Source: an uncultured archaeon
Lineage (GTDB): Archaea; Asgardarchaeota; Lokiarchaeia; Sigyniarchaeales; SOKP01
Direction: 5' to 3'
NCBI GenBank assembly: GCA_964493715.1
Contig: CAZBPC010000073.1
Coordinates: 1 to 16,993, forward strand
DNA length: 16,993 nt
A program made the position numbers and the translations under genes. Under the pieces are notes generated by a model that did no database searches, was not told the origin of the DNA, and saw only the letters and a list, made by a program, of their open reading frames with translations. This document shows, one piece after another, positions 1 to 7,974 of the stretch; positions within the stretch are counted from its first letter, which is position 1, and each line of letters begins with the position of its first letter.

Positions 1-2
1 TA

Positions 3-746
3 TATTCCATCTTAAAAAAGCTCATAGAAAAAGGATGTGTAAAAAAAGGCCCCTCATCGAAGGATGCTCGTAAACCCAAGAAATTTATTGCTATTGAGCC
101 GAAACAGTATTTTGAATTAATAATGGATAAGACGCAATCAAAACTTGATGAATTAGACGAATTTAAAGAAACTATCTTAATAAATTTAAATAATATATTT
201 GAAAATGCAAACGAAATAAGCAGAGATAATCTAGAACCTTTCATTATACCATATTTTACGCAATTAATTAAACAAGGGTGGAAAGTGGTTGATCAAAACA
301 TAAAAAAGGGACTAAATCTTCTTGGAGGAGAAATCATGTACGAATATCATCTCACTCCTCCCTTAGAATATCAAAATTTTTTAAAATTAATGGGATTGAT
401 TGCATGTGTATATGACACGAAGGTTGACCTTGAACCCGGCGTTATTAAATTCGTTGTCGGACAAATTAAAAATATAATTAAAGATACGCACTCTCCAGAT
501 TTTGATAAGCTCACAATTACGGAAATGACTTCAAATTTAGAGGGAATTGAAGTTTTCTCGTTAAATATCATCGGTCAAGAAAAAAAATTCAAAAAAACAA
601 TTAAGTTCGGGGAAACCTTAATAATTCCAATTAATAATAAGATTTTTTTTATTTGGGAAGAAATAAATCACGAAACAGGAACAATCCAACGAGAAGAGCT
701 TGGAAAAGCGCTCAATGAATTCAGCAGACCGTTTATCGAAGTTTAA
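3..746 (+). CDS. TrmB-family (winged HTH) transcriptional regulator, 5'-truncated by the window edge
   Basis: The frame of the 123..746 ORF is open back to position 3. It reads YSILKKLIEKGCVKKGPSSKDARKPKKFIAIEPKQYFELI, matching the TrmB wHTH end (Y..L..L..KG.V.....P..F.A..P), and is followed by a coiled-coil-like helix (MDKTQSKLDELDEFKE). The ATG at 123 is therefore internal. Confidence 0.8.
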   Translation, partial: YSILKKLIEKGCVKKGPSSKDARKPKKFIAIEPKQYFELIMDKTQSKLDELDEFKETILINLNNIFENANEISRDNLEPFIIPYFTQLIKQGWKVVDQNIKKGLNLLGGEIMYEYHLTPPLEYQNFLKLMGLIACVYDTKVDLEPGVIKFVVGQIKNIIKDTHSPDFDKLTITEMTSNLEGIEVFSLNIIGQEKKFKKTIKFGETLIIPINNKIFFIWEEINHETGTIQREELGKALNEFSRPFIEV

Positions 747-803
747 AAAACTCTTTAATTTTCTACAAACTTTTAATTTTTTAAAAAATTAGGTTAGAAT
801 TAT

Positions 804-1637
804 ATGATAAATCCCTATAAATACATATTGATAACAGGTGCAAGTTCTGGAATTGGAAGGGCTTGTACTGAATATTTAGCACTTAACGGATTTAAAATTT
901 ATGCTGGTGCGAGGAAAAAAGTAGATATCGAAGCTCTAAATAGGATCCCAAATGTAATAGGTTTAAATATTGATGTCACTAATGAACAATCCATTCAAGA
1001 TGCATTTAATTTCGTTAAAAATGAAAATTCGGGCTTATTTGCAATTATTAATAACGCTGGAATTGTATCAGCTGGACCATTAATGGATATAAATACCAAC
1101 GATTTAATCAATCAATTTAATGTAAATTTATTTGGTGTCCATAGAATCACCTCAACTTTTTTTCCTCTTATTCTGGAATCAAAAGGACGAATAGTAATGA
1201 TAAGCAGTAATTCAGGATTTTTTGCTGCTCCTTTTTTTGGTCCATATAGTGCGAGTAAATTTGCCATTGAGGGATATTCCGATTCCCTTCGACGAGAACT
1301 TTTATTGTATGACGTGAAAGTAATTATCATCCAACCGGGAAGGATTAACACAGCAATTTGGAGTAAGGGGGAGGAATTATTGAACAAATTTAAAGGGTCT
1401 ATATTTGAGAAGGAGGCTGTTGTAATAGGCAAACATGAAATTGAAAAAGGTAAAACCGATTCTTTAGATCCGATAGAAGTTGCAAAAATTATTTTTAAAG
1501 CATTAAAAGCTAAAAAACCAAAGAATAGGTACTTGATCGTACCTAACACGTTTAAAAACAAGATGTTAAAACTCCTGCCTTCTAAAAGAGTAGATAATAT
1601 TTTGAAAAAAGAATTATTGAAAATTAAGAATTTATGA
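804..1637 (+). CDS. Classical short-chain dehydrogenase/reductase (17beta-HSD/RDH-like), probably NADP(H)-preferring
   Basis: TGASSGIG Rossmann motif, NNAG, catalytic Ser (ISS), YSASK catalytic YxxxK, IQPG, and basic residues after beta2 (GARKK). Confidence 0.93.
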   Translation: MINPYKYILITGASSGIGRACTEYLALNGFKIYAGARKKVDIEALNRIPNVIGLNIDVTNEQSIQDAFNFVKNENSGLFAIINNAGIVSAGPLMDINTNDLINQFNVNLFGVHRITSTFFPLILESKGRIVMISSNSGFFAAPFFGPYSASKFAIEGYSDSLRRELLLYDVKVIIIQPGRINTAIWSKGEELLNKFKGSIFEKEAVVIGKHEIEKGKTDSLDPIEVAKIIFKALKAKKPKNRYLIVPNTFKNKMLKLLPSKRVDNILKKELLKIKNL

Positions 1638-1685
1638 CTTTCCTTAGGATTTTTATACAAACTGATTTCGTTAGCGCGAAATAAT

Positions 1686-1703
1686 AAAAAAAAAAATCTT
1701 TTT
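1686..1703. terminator. Putative bidirectional oligo(T) terminator between the convergent SDR and membrane hydrolase genes
   Basis: An A11 run (T11 on the minus strand) followed by TCTTTTT in the 97-bp gap between convergent stops; no GC hairpin. Confidence 0.45.
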
Positions 1704-1734
1704 CTGTGTTATGCTATAGTTATATCAACTACTT

Positions 1735-2241
1735 TTACTTTTTAATCTTTATAACGTAATGTAGATAAATCGCGAGTCCAACGATAAATACTCCCAATTC
1801 CATTGTGAATGCCCCAAACCAGGTACTATACACCCCAAGTCCTATTGTCACTGTATCGTCGAAGAGAAGTGGAACTCCAGTAGCAGTAGGGTTTATGGCG
1901 CTCATTGGCCATCCGATGATATCTAAAATCCAGTGGCTGAAAACAAGTATTCCGATAATGATGCTTACGTTGAGAATTTCCATACCCCATAATGTTAATT
2001 TCATCTCTTGACCTTGTTCCTTCTTAAAGTTTAGAATTATTGGTATGAGAACAATAATCAACATTGCACTCATAGTCCAGACCACTGACATGAAAAGACC
2101 ATGACTAGGCCATAATGCGATTATAAAAATAAAAGACAAGATATCAATCAACATTGTACTTACTAATAGAGCCCAAAGTGGTATTTTGGGAAAAAAGTAC
2201 TTTGCTGCTAATCCTATTCCAAAATGAGCTAATGCAGGCAT
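1735..2241 (-). CDS. Membrane-bound metal-dependent hydrolase-like protein (YdjM/YbcI/DUF457-like)
   Basis: Several hydrophobic helices carrying the family motif series: N-terminal His (MPALAHFGIG), MLIDIL, SHGL, SHWILD. Start reassigned from the track's TTG at 2286 to the ATG at 2241 (168 aa) because the first His normally lies near the N-terminus. Confidence 0.75.
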   Translation of the reverse strand: MPALAHFGIGLAAKYFFPKIPLWALLVSTMLIDILSFIFIIALWPSHGLFMSVVWTMSAMLIIVLIPIILNFKKEQGQEMKLTLWGMEILNVSIIIGILVFSHWILDIIGWPMSAINPTATGVPLLFDDTVTIGLGVYSTWFGAFTMELGVFIVGLAIYLHYVIKIKK

Positions 2242-2400
2242 GTTATTTGAATAGGGAAAATGATATTTAAAAAATAAATAGTCCAAATTTTCTCATAGAA
2301 AAAAAAGATCTAATTTCTAGATTTAAGATACATCAACATTAGATTCGTCAATATAATTCAATTTTCCTCTCTGCTCCAATTTCCAGATAAACCATTTCAA

Positions 2401-2434
2401 TATAAATAAAATAAAATAAAAATAAATTAAAAAA
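2401..2434 (-). terminator. T-rich terminator downstream of the GPH transporter gene
   Basis: Almost pure A/T tract (aaataaaataaaataaaaataaattaaaaaa on the + strand) immediately after the stop at 2438. Confidence 0.45.
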
Positions 2435-2437
2435 TAC

Positions 2438-3901
2438 TTATAATCCAAGTTCTTCTAATATTGCTTTGTTTTCTAGTACTTTCTCCTTTGTTAAAGGGAA
2501 ATATTTCCAGAAAACAAGAGTACCTGCGAGCATGACTATTGCTGGAATTATTCCAGAAAGTAAGCGAATTCCTAAAAGCACTAAATTCATGTCACCACCT
2601 GCAGCTGTAACTGCAACTAACATATCCGCATAAGTTTCTTGACCAGGTATAAACCCCGTAAGATTGTGAACGAGAGCAATAAGACCTTCATCGATTGTGG
2701 TGAAAAGTGTAGTAATAAATCCTATAACACCAATGACAATTGCTTTTTGACTTGTTTTCATTTTAACTCCATAATCATCAAATACAATGGCTTGTATTGT
2801 TGTGTATATTAAAGCCCAATAACTTCCCATAACTATCCCAAGAACAAACATCATTATAATTAAAGCTATAAAAGAAAATGCAAAGGTAAACGGGACGAGA
2901 GCTGCAACCAGTAAAAAACCGCCAAGAGAGAGGGTCCATTTATTCCCTTTATTTTTAAGAAATCTTAGCCAGAATGGAATGGATATTACTACAGCAATTA
3001 TTAAAACAGCTAACAAAATCATGTAATCATCTGAGCTACCTTGTAAAATAAATGTGTTAATGTATAGCGAATTCTCTAACAATAAATTGTATGTAATAAT
3101 CCAAGCTGCCAAAAGAAGTAAATAAATTAATACGCTTTTAGTTTTTATAACATTTATTACACTCGTAAAAAAATTTACGTGCTCTTCCTTTTCGGGTATT
3201 TGAAAATATCTCTCTTTAATTATTTTATCCTCCCAATTACCTGGGAGAGATAAAACAGATGTTATAAGTGCAGTTATACCAAATGTTAGAGCCATAAAGG
3301 CAAATCCGGCTTTTGTATCGCCAGTACCAATTAGATAAGGCCCACCTATCATAGCAATTATCGTTGACACAATATCCATTCCTGTCCACCACGGTACTAA
3401 TTTTCGTCGCTCTTCTTCGGTACGAAACAAATCTGGTCGGATTGCACCAACATTAATACCAAAAAATACAAAAAAGGTGTCCTGTAAACTCAATAGTATT
3501 ATTAAATACCAAAAAAGGGGCCAAGGGTTCGTAGTACCGTCAATATCTGGAGCAGCAAAAATAAAATAGAAGCACACGATCCAAGGAAGGAATCCTATAA
3601 GCATCCAAGGGAAGCGTCTACCCAGTTTTTTAGTGAATCTGGTATTTCTATCCATCAAATAGGATAAGAGAGGGTCATTAATTGCATTGTATATCATGAA
3701 TATACTCATGGCTATAAAAATAAATCCCCCATTTAACCCTAAAACTACCTCATAATAATAATACAAAAAGATAGACATTGGAGTGCCTATAACATTAAAA
3801 GCAAATTGAGACGAGCTATTGGAAGCATAACGCCACCAAGGATGTCTTGCTTTTGGAGCTATATATTCTAAATTCGTATTTAAATTTTCTTTTTCATTCA
3901 T
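2438..3901 (-). CDS. MFS transporter, GPH/MelB (glycoside-pentoside-hexuronide:cation symporter) family
   Basis: About 12 hydrophobic segments; NAINDPLLSYLMDR; LGRRFPW; EEERRK after TM4; C-terminal YFPLT. Confidence 0.92.
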   Translation of the reverse strand: MNEKENLNTNLEYIAPKARHPWWRYASNSSSQFAFNVIGTPMSIFLYYYYEVVLGLNGGFIFIAMSIFMIYNAINDPLLSYLMDRNTRFTKKLGRRFPWMLIGFLPWIVCFYFIFAAPDIDGTTNPWPLFWYLIILLSLQDTFFVFFGINVGAIRPDLFRTEEERRKLVPWWTGMDIVSTIIAMIGGPYLIGTGDTKAGFAFMALTFGITALITSVLSLPGNWEDKIIKERYFQIPEKEEHVNFFTSVINVIKTKSVLIYLLLLAAWIITYNLLLENSLYINTFILQGSSDDYMILLAVLIIAVVISIPFWLRFLKNKGNKWTLSLGGFLLVAALVPFTFAFSFIALIIMMFVLGIVMGSYWALIYTTIQAIVFDDYGVKMKTSQKAIVIGVIGFITTLFTTIDEGLIALVHNLTGFIPGQETYADMLVAVTAAGGDMNLVLLGIRLLSGIIPAIVMLAGTLVFWKYFPLTKEKVLENKAILEELGL

Positions 3902-3940
3902 TAGAAATCATCTAATAAAGTTTTTATTACTAAATTTAAC

Positions 3941-3957
3941 TTTGACAAATAATCATA
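3941..3957 (-). promoter_or_regulatory. Putative operator TATGATTATTTGTCAAA (TGAY-N5-RTCA) upstream of transporter 2438..3901
   Basis: Imperfect palindrome lying between a TATA-like TTTATAAA (3980-3987) and the ATG; 13/17 identical to the site at 7928-7944. Confidence 0.45.
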
Positions 3958-4071
3958 GTCCATTCTTTTTGAATCTTTTTTTATAAAGAAGATTTTTACA
4001 TTTTCGTGCAGTTATTAATTTTATATCTAATTAATCTCTTGTAAATCCCTATCAATTATTAATGAAAAATT

Positions 4072-4845
4072 TTAATGATACATGAAGCTCCTGTGAGAAA
4101 TCGATCCATGTTGAAATCCTTCATACACAAATTCAAGTGAATCGTTCAAGTCTTTCATGCCTAAAATATAAAGCATAGGAAGATAGTGTTCATTTGTTTG
4201 GAAACCTTTAGCACTGAGAGGCCAGTTTTCATAATGGATCAAGTTATCAATATCATAGTCACTTATAGCTTGTTTCTGAAGTGTATCGAGTTCTTCAGCC
4301 CATGATAGTGGAGGACCAAATTGATTATTCATGTTGATGTTGCGAAAAGTGTGGACGAGGTTTCCACTTCCAATAAACATTATTCCTTTTTCCCGAAGAG
4401 ATTTTATCTTTTTTCCCAATTCAAAATGATATTCTGGAGGTTTTATATAATCCAGACTAAATTCTATTACAGGGACATTTGCCTCGGGGAAAAGATGTTC
4501 TAGAACGATAGTTGCAGCGTGATCAATCCCCCATTCTATGGATGGTTTTAATATTAGCGGAAGAAAATCGATAATCTCAGTGGCAATCAGTTCACTTCCC
4601 TTTGCAGGATAGACATATTCATAGAATTTAGGAGGAAATCCATAATAATCGTAAATCATCTTAGGATTGTCATCAATTGTTATCTTAGTTCCTGAAGTTA
4701 ACCAATGTGCAGATATTAGGACAATTGCTCGAGGTTTAGGAAGATTTGAACCAAGATTTCGTAAAGAGGTTGTAAACTTATTTTGTTGAAATATGTTAAA
4801 AGGACTTCCATGACCTATGAATAATACGGGCATTTTATCTGACAT
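4072..4845 (-). CDS. ygiD: DODA-type (4,5-DOPA dioxygenase / YgiD, LigB superfamily) extradiol dioxygenase
   Basis: MPVLFIGHGSP, ISAHW, IYDYYGFP, WGIDH, FPEANVPV, GSGNLVH, EHYLP and GSIS motifs; 257 aa. Confidence 0.9.
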   Translation of the reverse strand: MSDKMPVLFIGHGSPFNIFQQNKFTTSLRNLGSNLPKPRAIVLISAHWLTSGTKITIDDNPKMIYDYYGFPPKFYEYVYPAKGSELIATEIIDFLPLILKPSIEWGIDHAATIVLEHLFPEANVPVIEFSLDYIKPPEYHFELGKKIKSLREKGIMFIGSGNLVHTFRNINMNNQFGPPLSWAEELDTLQKQAISDYDIDNLIHYENWPLSAKGFQTNEHYLPMLYILGMKDLNDSLEFVYEGFQHGSISHRSFMYH

Positions 4846-4954
4846 GTATTAGAAACAAATGATCCAAGTAAAAAATTTAAGTTTTATAAATTATAACGTC
4901 ATTTGATTATTTCTTTTCTTCAAATAATGAAAATTTTAGATAACATCTACCAGC

Positions 4955-4978
4955 TTAGAACTAAAGATTTAGTTCTAA
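4955..4978. repeat. Perfect 11-bp inverted repeat TTAGAACTAAA-GA-TTTAGTTCTAA, candidate regulator binding site
   Basis: Read directly from the sequence; lies about 110 bp upstream of the dioxygenase start. Confidence 0.6.
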
Positions 4979-5020
4979 AAGTAATTTCTCCTTCTCATGA
5001 TTCTCACGTTCTTAAATGAT

Positions 5021-5037
5021 AAAAAAAAAATAAAAAA
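5021..5037 (-). terminator. Oligo(T) terminator of transporter 5051..6415
   Basis: A10-T-A6 on the + strand, 14-30 bp past the minus-strand stop. Confidence 0.5.
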
Positions 5038-5050
5038 TGATTGTGTTTAT

Positions 5051-6415
5051 TCACTTCAATTTTCTCATTCGTTCTTCATGAAGTATTTTTAGCTTGGCTT
5101 GTTGTTCAGTGAAGTTTTTATAATTAAGGGGATAGAATTTAAAAATTATTAGTCCAATTAAAAGTCCAATGGCAGGAACTAATGAAATTGAAAGTCTCAA
5201 ACCAAGCAAGGCTTCTGATGTCTGAGTTTCTAATTCCGGGTCAAATCCACTGATTAACTGAACAAGTATTAGAGCTATGGCAGAAAGAATCATTGATAAT
5301 CGCGCAATAAAGGCTCCAATTCCACCATATGTTGCCTCCCGTCTTTTTCCTGTTTTTATTTCATCATAATCTATTGCAGCAGAAATTACTGGCTCTGTCA
5401 TTAATACTCCACCAATTCCAATTCCGGGTAAAAGTCCAATAATTGTTAAACTAATAAAATCACTTGATAGAAAAAGAGGGATCATCCCAATACAAAATAT
5501 GCTCATTGAGAGAGATAATCCAAACTTTGGCCCTTTTTTTCCATAAATTTTCCACCATATTGGTATACCACCCAGAATACCTAGCGCCACTCCAATCATT
5601 GCAAACCCTGCCATTCCTTCATCCATATTTAGAATAAATTTTGCGTAAAGAGGTAAAATCATTAAAGTAAATCCAAAACAAAAATCAAGAAATGCATATG
5701 TTATAGATCCAATAACGAATGGTTTGTTGGAAAGTGATTCTTTAAATGCCTGAAATATAGGTAAGGGTTCATCTATTTGATACTCTTTCTTCTCTTTTGT
5801 TCCTAGAAGGGAGAGATACATTGTAATTGGAATGGTGAGGCCCATTATAACTCCTGCGATTGCCCAACTACCTAATGCAGCAGCGATCATCGAAGGAATC
5901 ATTACCCCGATCATAGACGATAAAAATGCAATCGTATCTTTAATTGCTACGACTGTAGCTCTTTCGCTCTCTTCTTCATACATTTCGGTATATAAAGCGT
6001 TCCAGGCGGTTATTACTATTGTAAATCCCGTGTCGAATAAAAACAGCATTATAAAGCCGTAAAGAAAGACCAAACCTTTATCACTAAATGGAACCATCCA
6101 TAATGCAATAAAACCTATCGTCATTGGTATTGTTCCATAGATTATCCACGGCACACGTCGCCCTTTCTTTGGTTTCAATTTATCCATAAAATATCCAATT
6201 AATGGGTCATTGATGGCATTCCATATTCCATAAAGCATGAATAGAAGTCCGAATTCAATTAGGGAAAGTCCAGCATAAAGCGTATAAAAAGTTAAAAGCC
6301 AAGTACCAATCATGTTGTACGGAAGAGCAGAAGGTACTGCGCCTAGTGAATACAGAAAGTGTCCTAATCGTGAATGGATCCCTTGGATTTTAAATTTCTT
6401 ATTAGATTCCGTCAT
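5051..6415 (-). CDS. MFS transporter, GPH/MelB family
   Basis: WNAINDPLIGYFMDK, GRRVPWI, EESERA, IDYDEIKTGKRREATYGG (classic GPH loop 10-11) and FYPL. Confidence 0.93.
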   Translation of the reverse strand: MTESNKKFKIQGIHSRLGHFLYSLGAVPSALPYNMIGTWLLTFYTLYAGLSLIEFGLLFMLYGIWNAINDPLIGYFMDKLKPKKGRRVPWIIYGTIPMTIGFIALWMVPFSDKGLVFLYGFIMLFLFDTGFTIVITAWNALYTEMYEEESERATVVAIKDTIAFLSSMIGVMIPSMIAAALGSWAIAGVIMGLTIPITMYLSLLGTKEKKEYQIDEPLPIFQAFKESLSNKPFVIGSITYAFLDFCFGFTLMILPLYAKFILNMDEGMAGFAMIGVALGILGGIPIWWKIYGKKGPKFGLSLSMSIFCIGMIPLFLSSDFISLTIIGLLPGIGIGGVLMTEPVISAAIDYDEIKTGKRREATYGGIGAFIARLSMILSAIALILVQLISGFDPELETQTSEALLGLRLSISLVPAIGLLIGLIIFKFYPLNYKNFTEQQAKLKILHEERMRKLK

Positions 6416-6500
6416 AATTTATTACTTTTTTAATTGTGCTAGTTATTACTTGCATCAATAAACCTAATAAATATCATTCATTTTCAAAAAAAAAAGGAAT

Positions 6501-6506
6501 TAGGAG
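6501..6506 (+). promoter_or_regulatory. Shine-Dalgarno-like TAGGAG
   Basis: 6 nt upstream of the ATG at 6513. Confidence 0.5.
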
Positions 6507-6512
6507 TAAAAC

Positions 6513-7673
6513 ATGCTATTATCTAAACGTGAACGAGTATTCAAGGCTCTCGAGCTTGATGGTGAACCGGATAAAGTGCCCATAAATTCGTTCGGTATGG
6601 AACAAACGGGAACTTCGTTCCAAGCGTTTCAAAATTCCGAAGAAATTAAGAAATATTCGAGTTGGGTGCAACCAAAATCATCCCGAAAAAAATATTTTAT
6701 CACTGAACAGCGGTTTTGGAACGTGGATGTCTATTTTATGGATCCTTTTGGCGAAAGAAAAATGAAAGTGAAACGGATTCCAGCACCTGCTGAATATCCC
6801 GATTGTTATCTTACCCCATTAGATGGTGCGATATATAAAATGGTAAAACAAGTTGAAACAGGATTACCATATAGTTGGTATGTTGGGGGATATTATACTT
6901 CCCCTGAAATATTATACACTTACTGGGATCGATATGGAAAACCATCCGAGTTAGTAAACGATAAAGTCAATTATTCTCCTCAAGTATGGCAGAATTTTGT
7001 TGAAGCTATCGAACCATATTTTTATCCAATGGTGAGAATGATGATAAATCCTACTGAATGTCTTCTCAACGGTATCTCCCTTCTACGTGTATCATATTAC
7101 ATGCGAAAAAATCCAAAATTTATTCATGATGTGATGAATGAGTATACTAAGGCAAATATCGAAATTATTAAGAGATGTGCTGAAGCTGGAGTTGATATCA
7201 TCTTCCTTGGCGATGATTTTGGATATAAAGATAATCCTATTTTTTCACCAAAACAATTCCGAGAATTTCTTCTCCCGTATCATAAAAAAATGTATGATAT
7301 GTGCAAGAAAAATGGAATGCTCACGGTACTTCATTCTTGTGGAAAAGTAGACTCTGTTCTCCCGGATCTAGCTGATGCAGGTCTCAATTGCATTCAATCT
7401 TTAGAAGCTTCCGCAGGAGTTGATTTGGCAGGATTAAAGAACACCTTAGGTGATCGATTATGCTTTATGGGTGGTTTAGATTCCACGGGCACGCATATTT
7501 TTGGAAGGCCTCAAGATGTCGAAATAAATGTGAAAAAATGCTTGAAAGATGCTGGTTATGGTGGTGGGTATATAATTGGACCAAGTCATGACATTCTTAA
7601 TATGCCTTGGGAGAACATCTTAGCGATGAGAACCGCAATTGAAAAATATAGAAAATATCCTTTGAAATTTTAG
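6513..7673 (+). CDS. UroD/MtaA-CmuA superfamily (URO-D-like TIM barrel) protein, not HemE
   Basis: N-terminal SKRERVFKAL....PDKVP; LGDDFG; FSPKQFREFLLPY; LHSCG; GGLD; GGGYIIGPSH; PWENILAM. The HemE RQAGR motif is absent. Confidence 0.9.
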   Translation: MLLSKRERVFKALELDGEPDKVPINSFGMEQTGTSFQAFQNSEEIKKYSSWVQPKSSRKKYFITEQRFWNVDVYFMDPFGERKMKVKRIPAPAEYPDCYLTPLDGAIYKMVKQVETGLPYSWYVGGYYTSPEILYTYWDRYGKPSELVNDKVNYSPQVWQNFVEAIEPYFYPMVRMMINPTECLLNGISLLRVSYYMRKNPKFIHDVMNEYTKANIEIIKRCAEAGVDIIFLGDDFGYKDNPIFSPKQFREFLLPYHKKMYDMCKKNGMLTVLHSCGKVDSVLPDLADAGLNCIQSLEASAGVDLAGLKNTLGDRLCFMGGLDSTGTHIFGRPQDVEINVKKCLKDAGYGGGYIIGPSHDILNMPWENILAMRTAIEKYRKYPLKF

Positions 7674-7850
7674 CAAGACTACCAATTAGAATAAGATAGA
7701 GATACTTTTTTTATGTCAAAGACTAAATCATAATATATCAAATCTAAGTGTGAAAAATTGTGGAAAAAATCTCAGATCTTTTAGAAATTAACTTTATCCA
7801 ATTATTGAACTGTTGATTTCCTTAAATAATGAAAAAAAATTTTTTCATTT

Positions 7851-7876
7851 TTTTATTACAAATATTTGTGATAAAA
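7851..7876. repeat. 26-bp near-perfect palindrome TTTTATTACAAATATTTGTGATAAAA upstream of the transporter promoter
   Basis: One mismatched pair only; adjacent to a second inverted repeat at 7828-7849. Confidence 0.5.
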
Positions 7877-7903
7877 TGGACAAATTTATCCTTAAGAAGA
7901 TAA

Positions 7904-7915
7904 CTTATATATAAG
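7904..7915 (+). promoter_or_regulatory. Putative archaeal TATA box (CTTATATATAAG) with purine-rich upstream BRE-like sequence
   Basis: TTATATA preceded by AAGAAGATAAC, about 60-70 bp upstream of the ATG at 7975. Confidence 0.5.
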
Positions 7916-7927
7916 AAAATAATAAAA

Positions 7928-7944
7928 TATGACTAATTATCATA
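7928..7944 (+). promoter_or_regulatory. Putative operator TATGACTAATTATCATA (TGAY-N5-RTCA) over the expected transcription start
   Basis: Imperfect palindrome starting about 23 bp after the start of the TATA-like box; matches the 3941-3957 site. Confidence 0.45.
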
Positions 7945-7974
7945 AAAAGTTATGAAAAATATAGGTATTTATAC

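Noticed and set aside
1112-1660. 182-aa antisense ORF over the SDR
   Set aside because: It lies almost entirely antisense to a well-supported SDR and has no motifs; long antisense frames are common opposite SDR genes.
2323-2400. Tiny minus-strand ORFs (MKWFIWKLEQRGKLNYIDESNVDVS; MVYLEIGAERKIELY) upstream of the membrane hydrolase
   Set aside because: Too short, no RBS or motif, and expected by chance.
3972-3994. AATCTTTTTT-TAT-AAAGAAGATT dyad as an RNA hairpin or riboswitch
   Set aside because: Very AT-rich, mismatched on the transcribed (minus) strand, and it coincides with the probable TATA box.
4958-4975. GAAC...GTTC as a Gram-positive LexA (Cheo) box
   Set aside because: The spacer is 10 bp rather than 4, and no SOS genes are adjacent.
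6513-7673. Annotation of either UroD-like gene as hemE or mtaA
   Set aside because: No RQAGR porphyrinogen-binding motif, no canonical HxC...C ligand set, and no heme or methanogenesis genes nearby.
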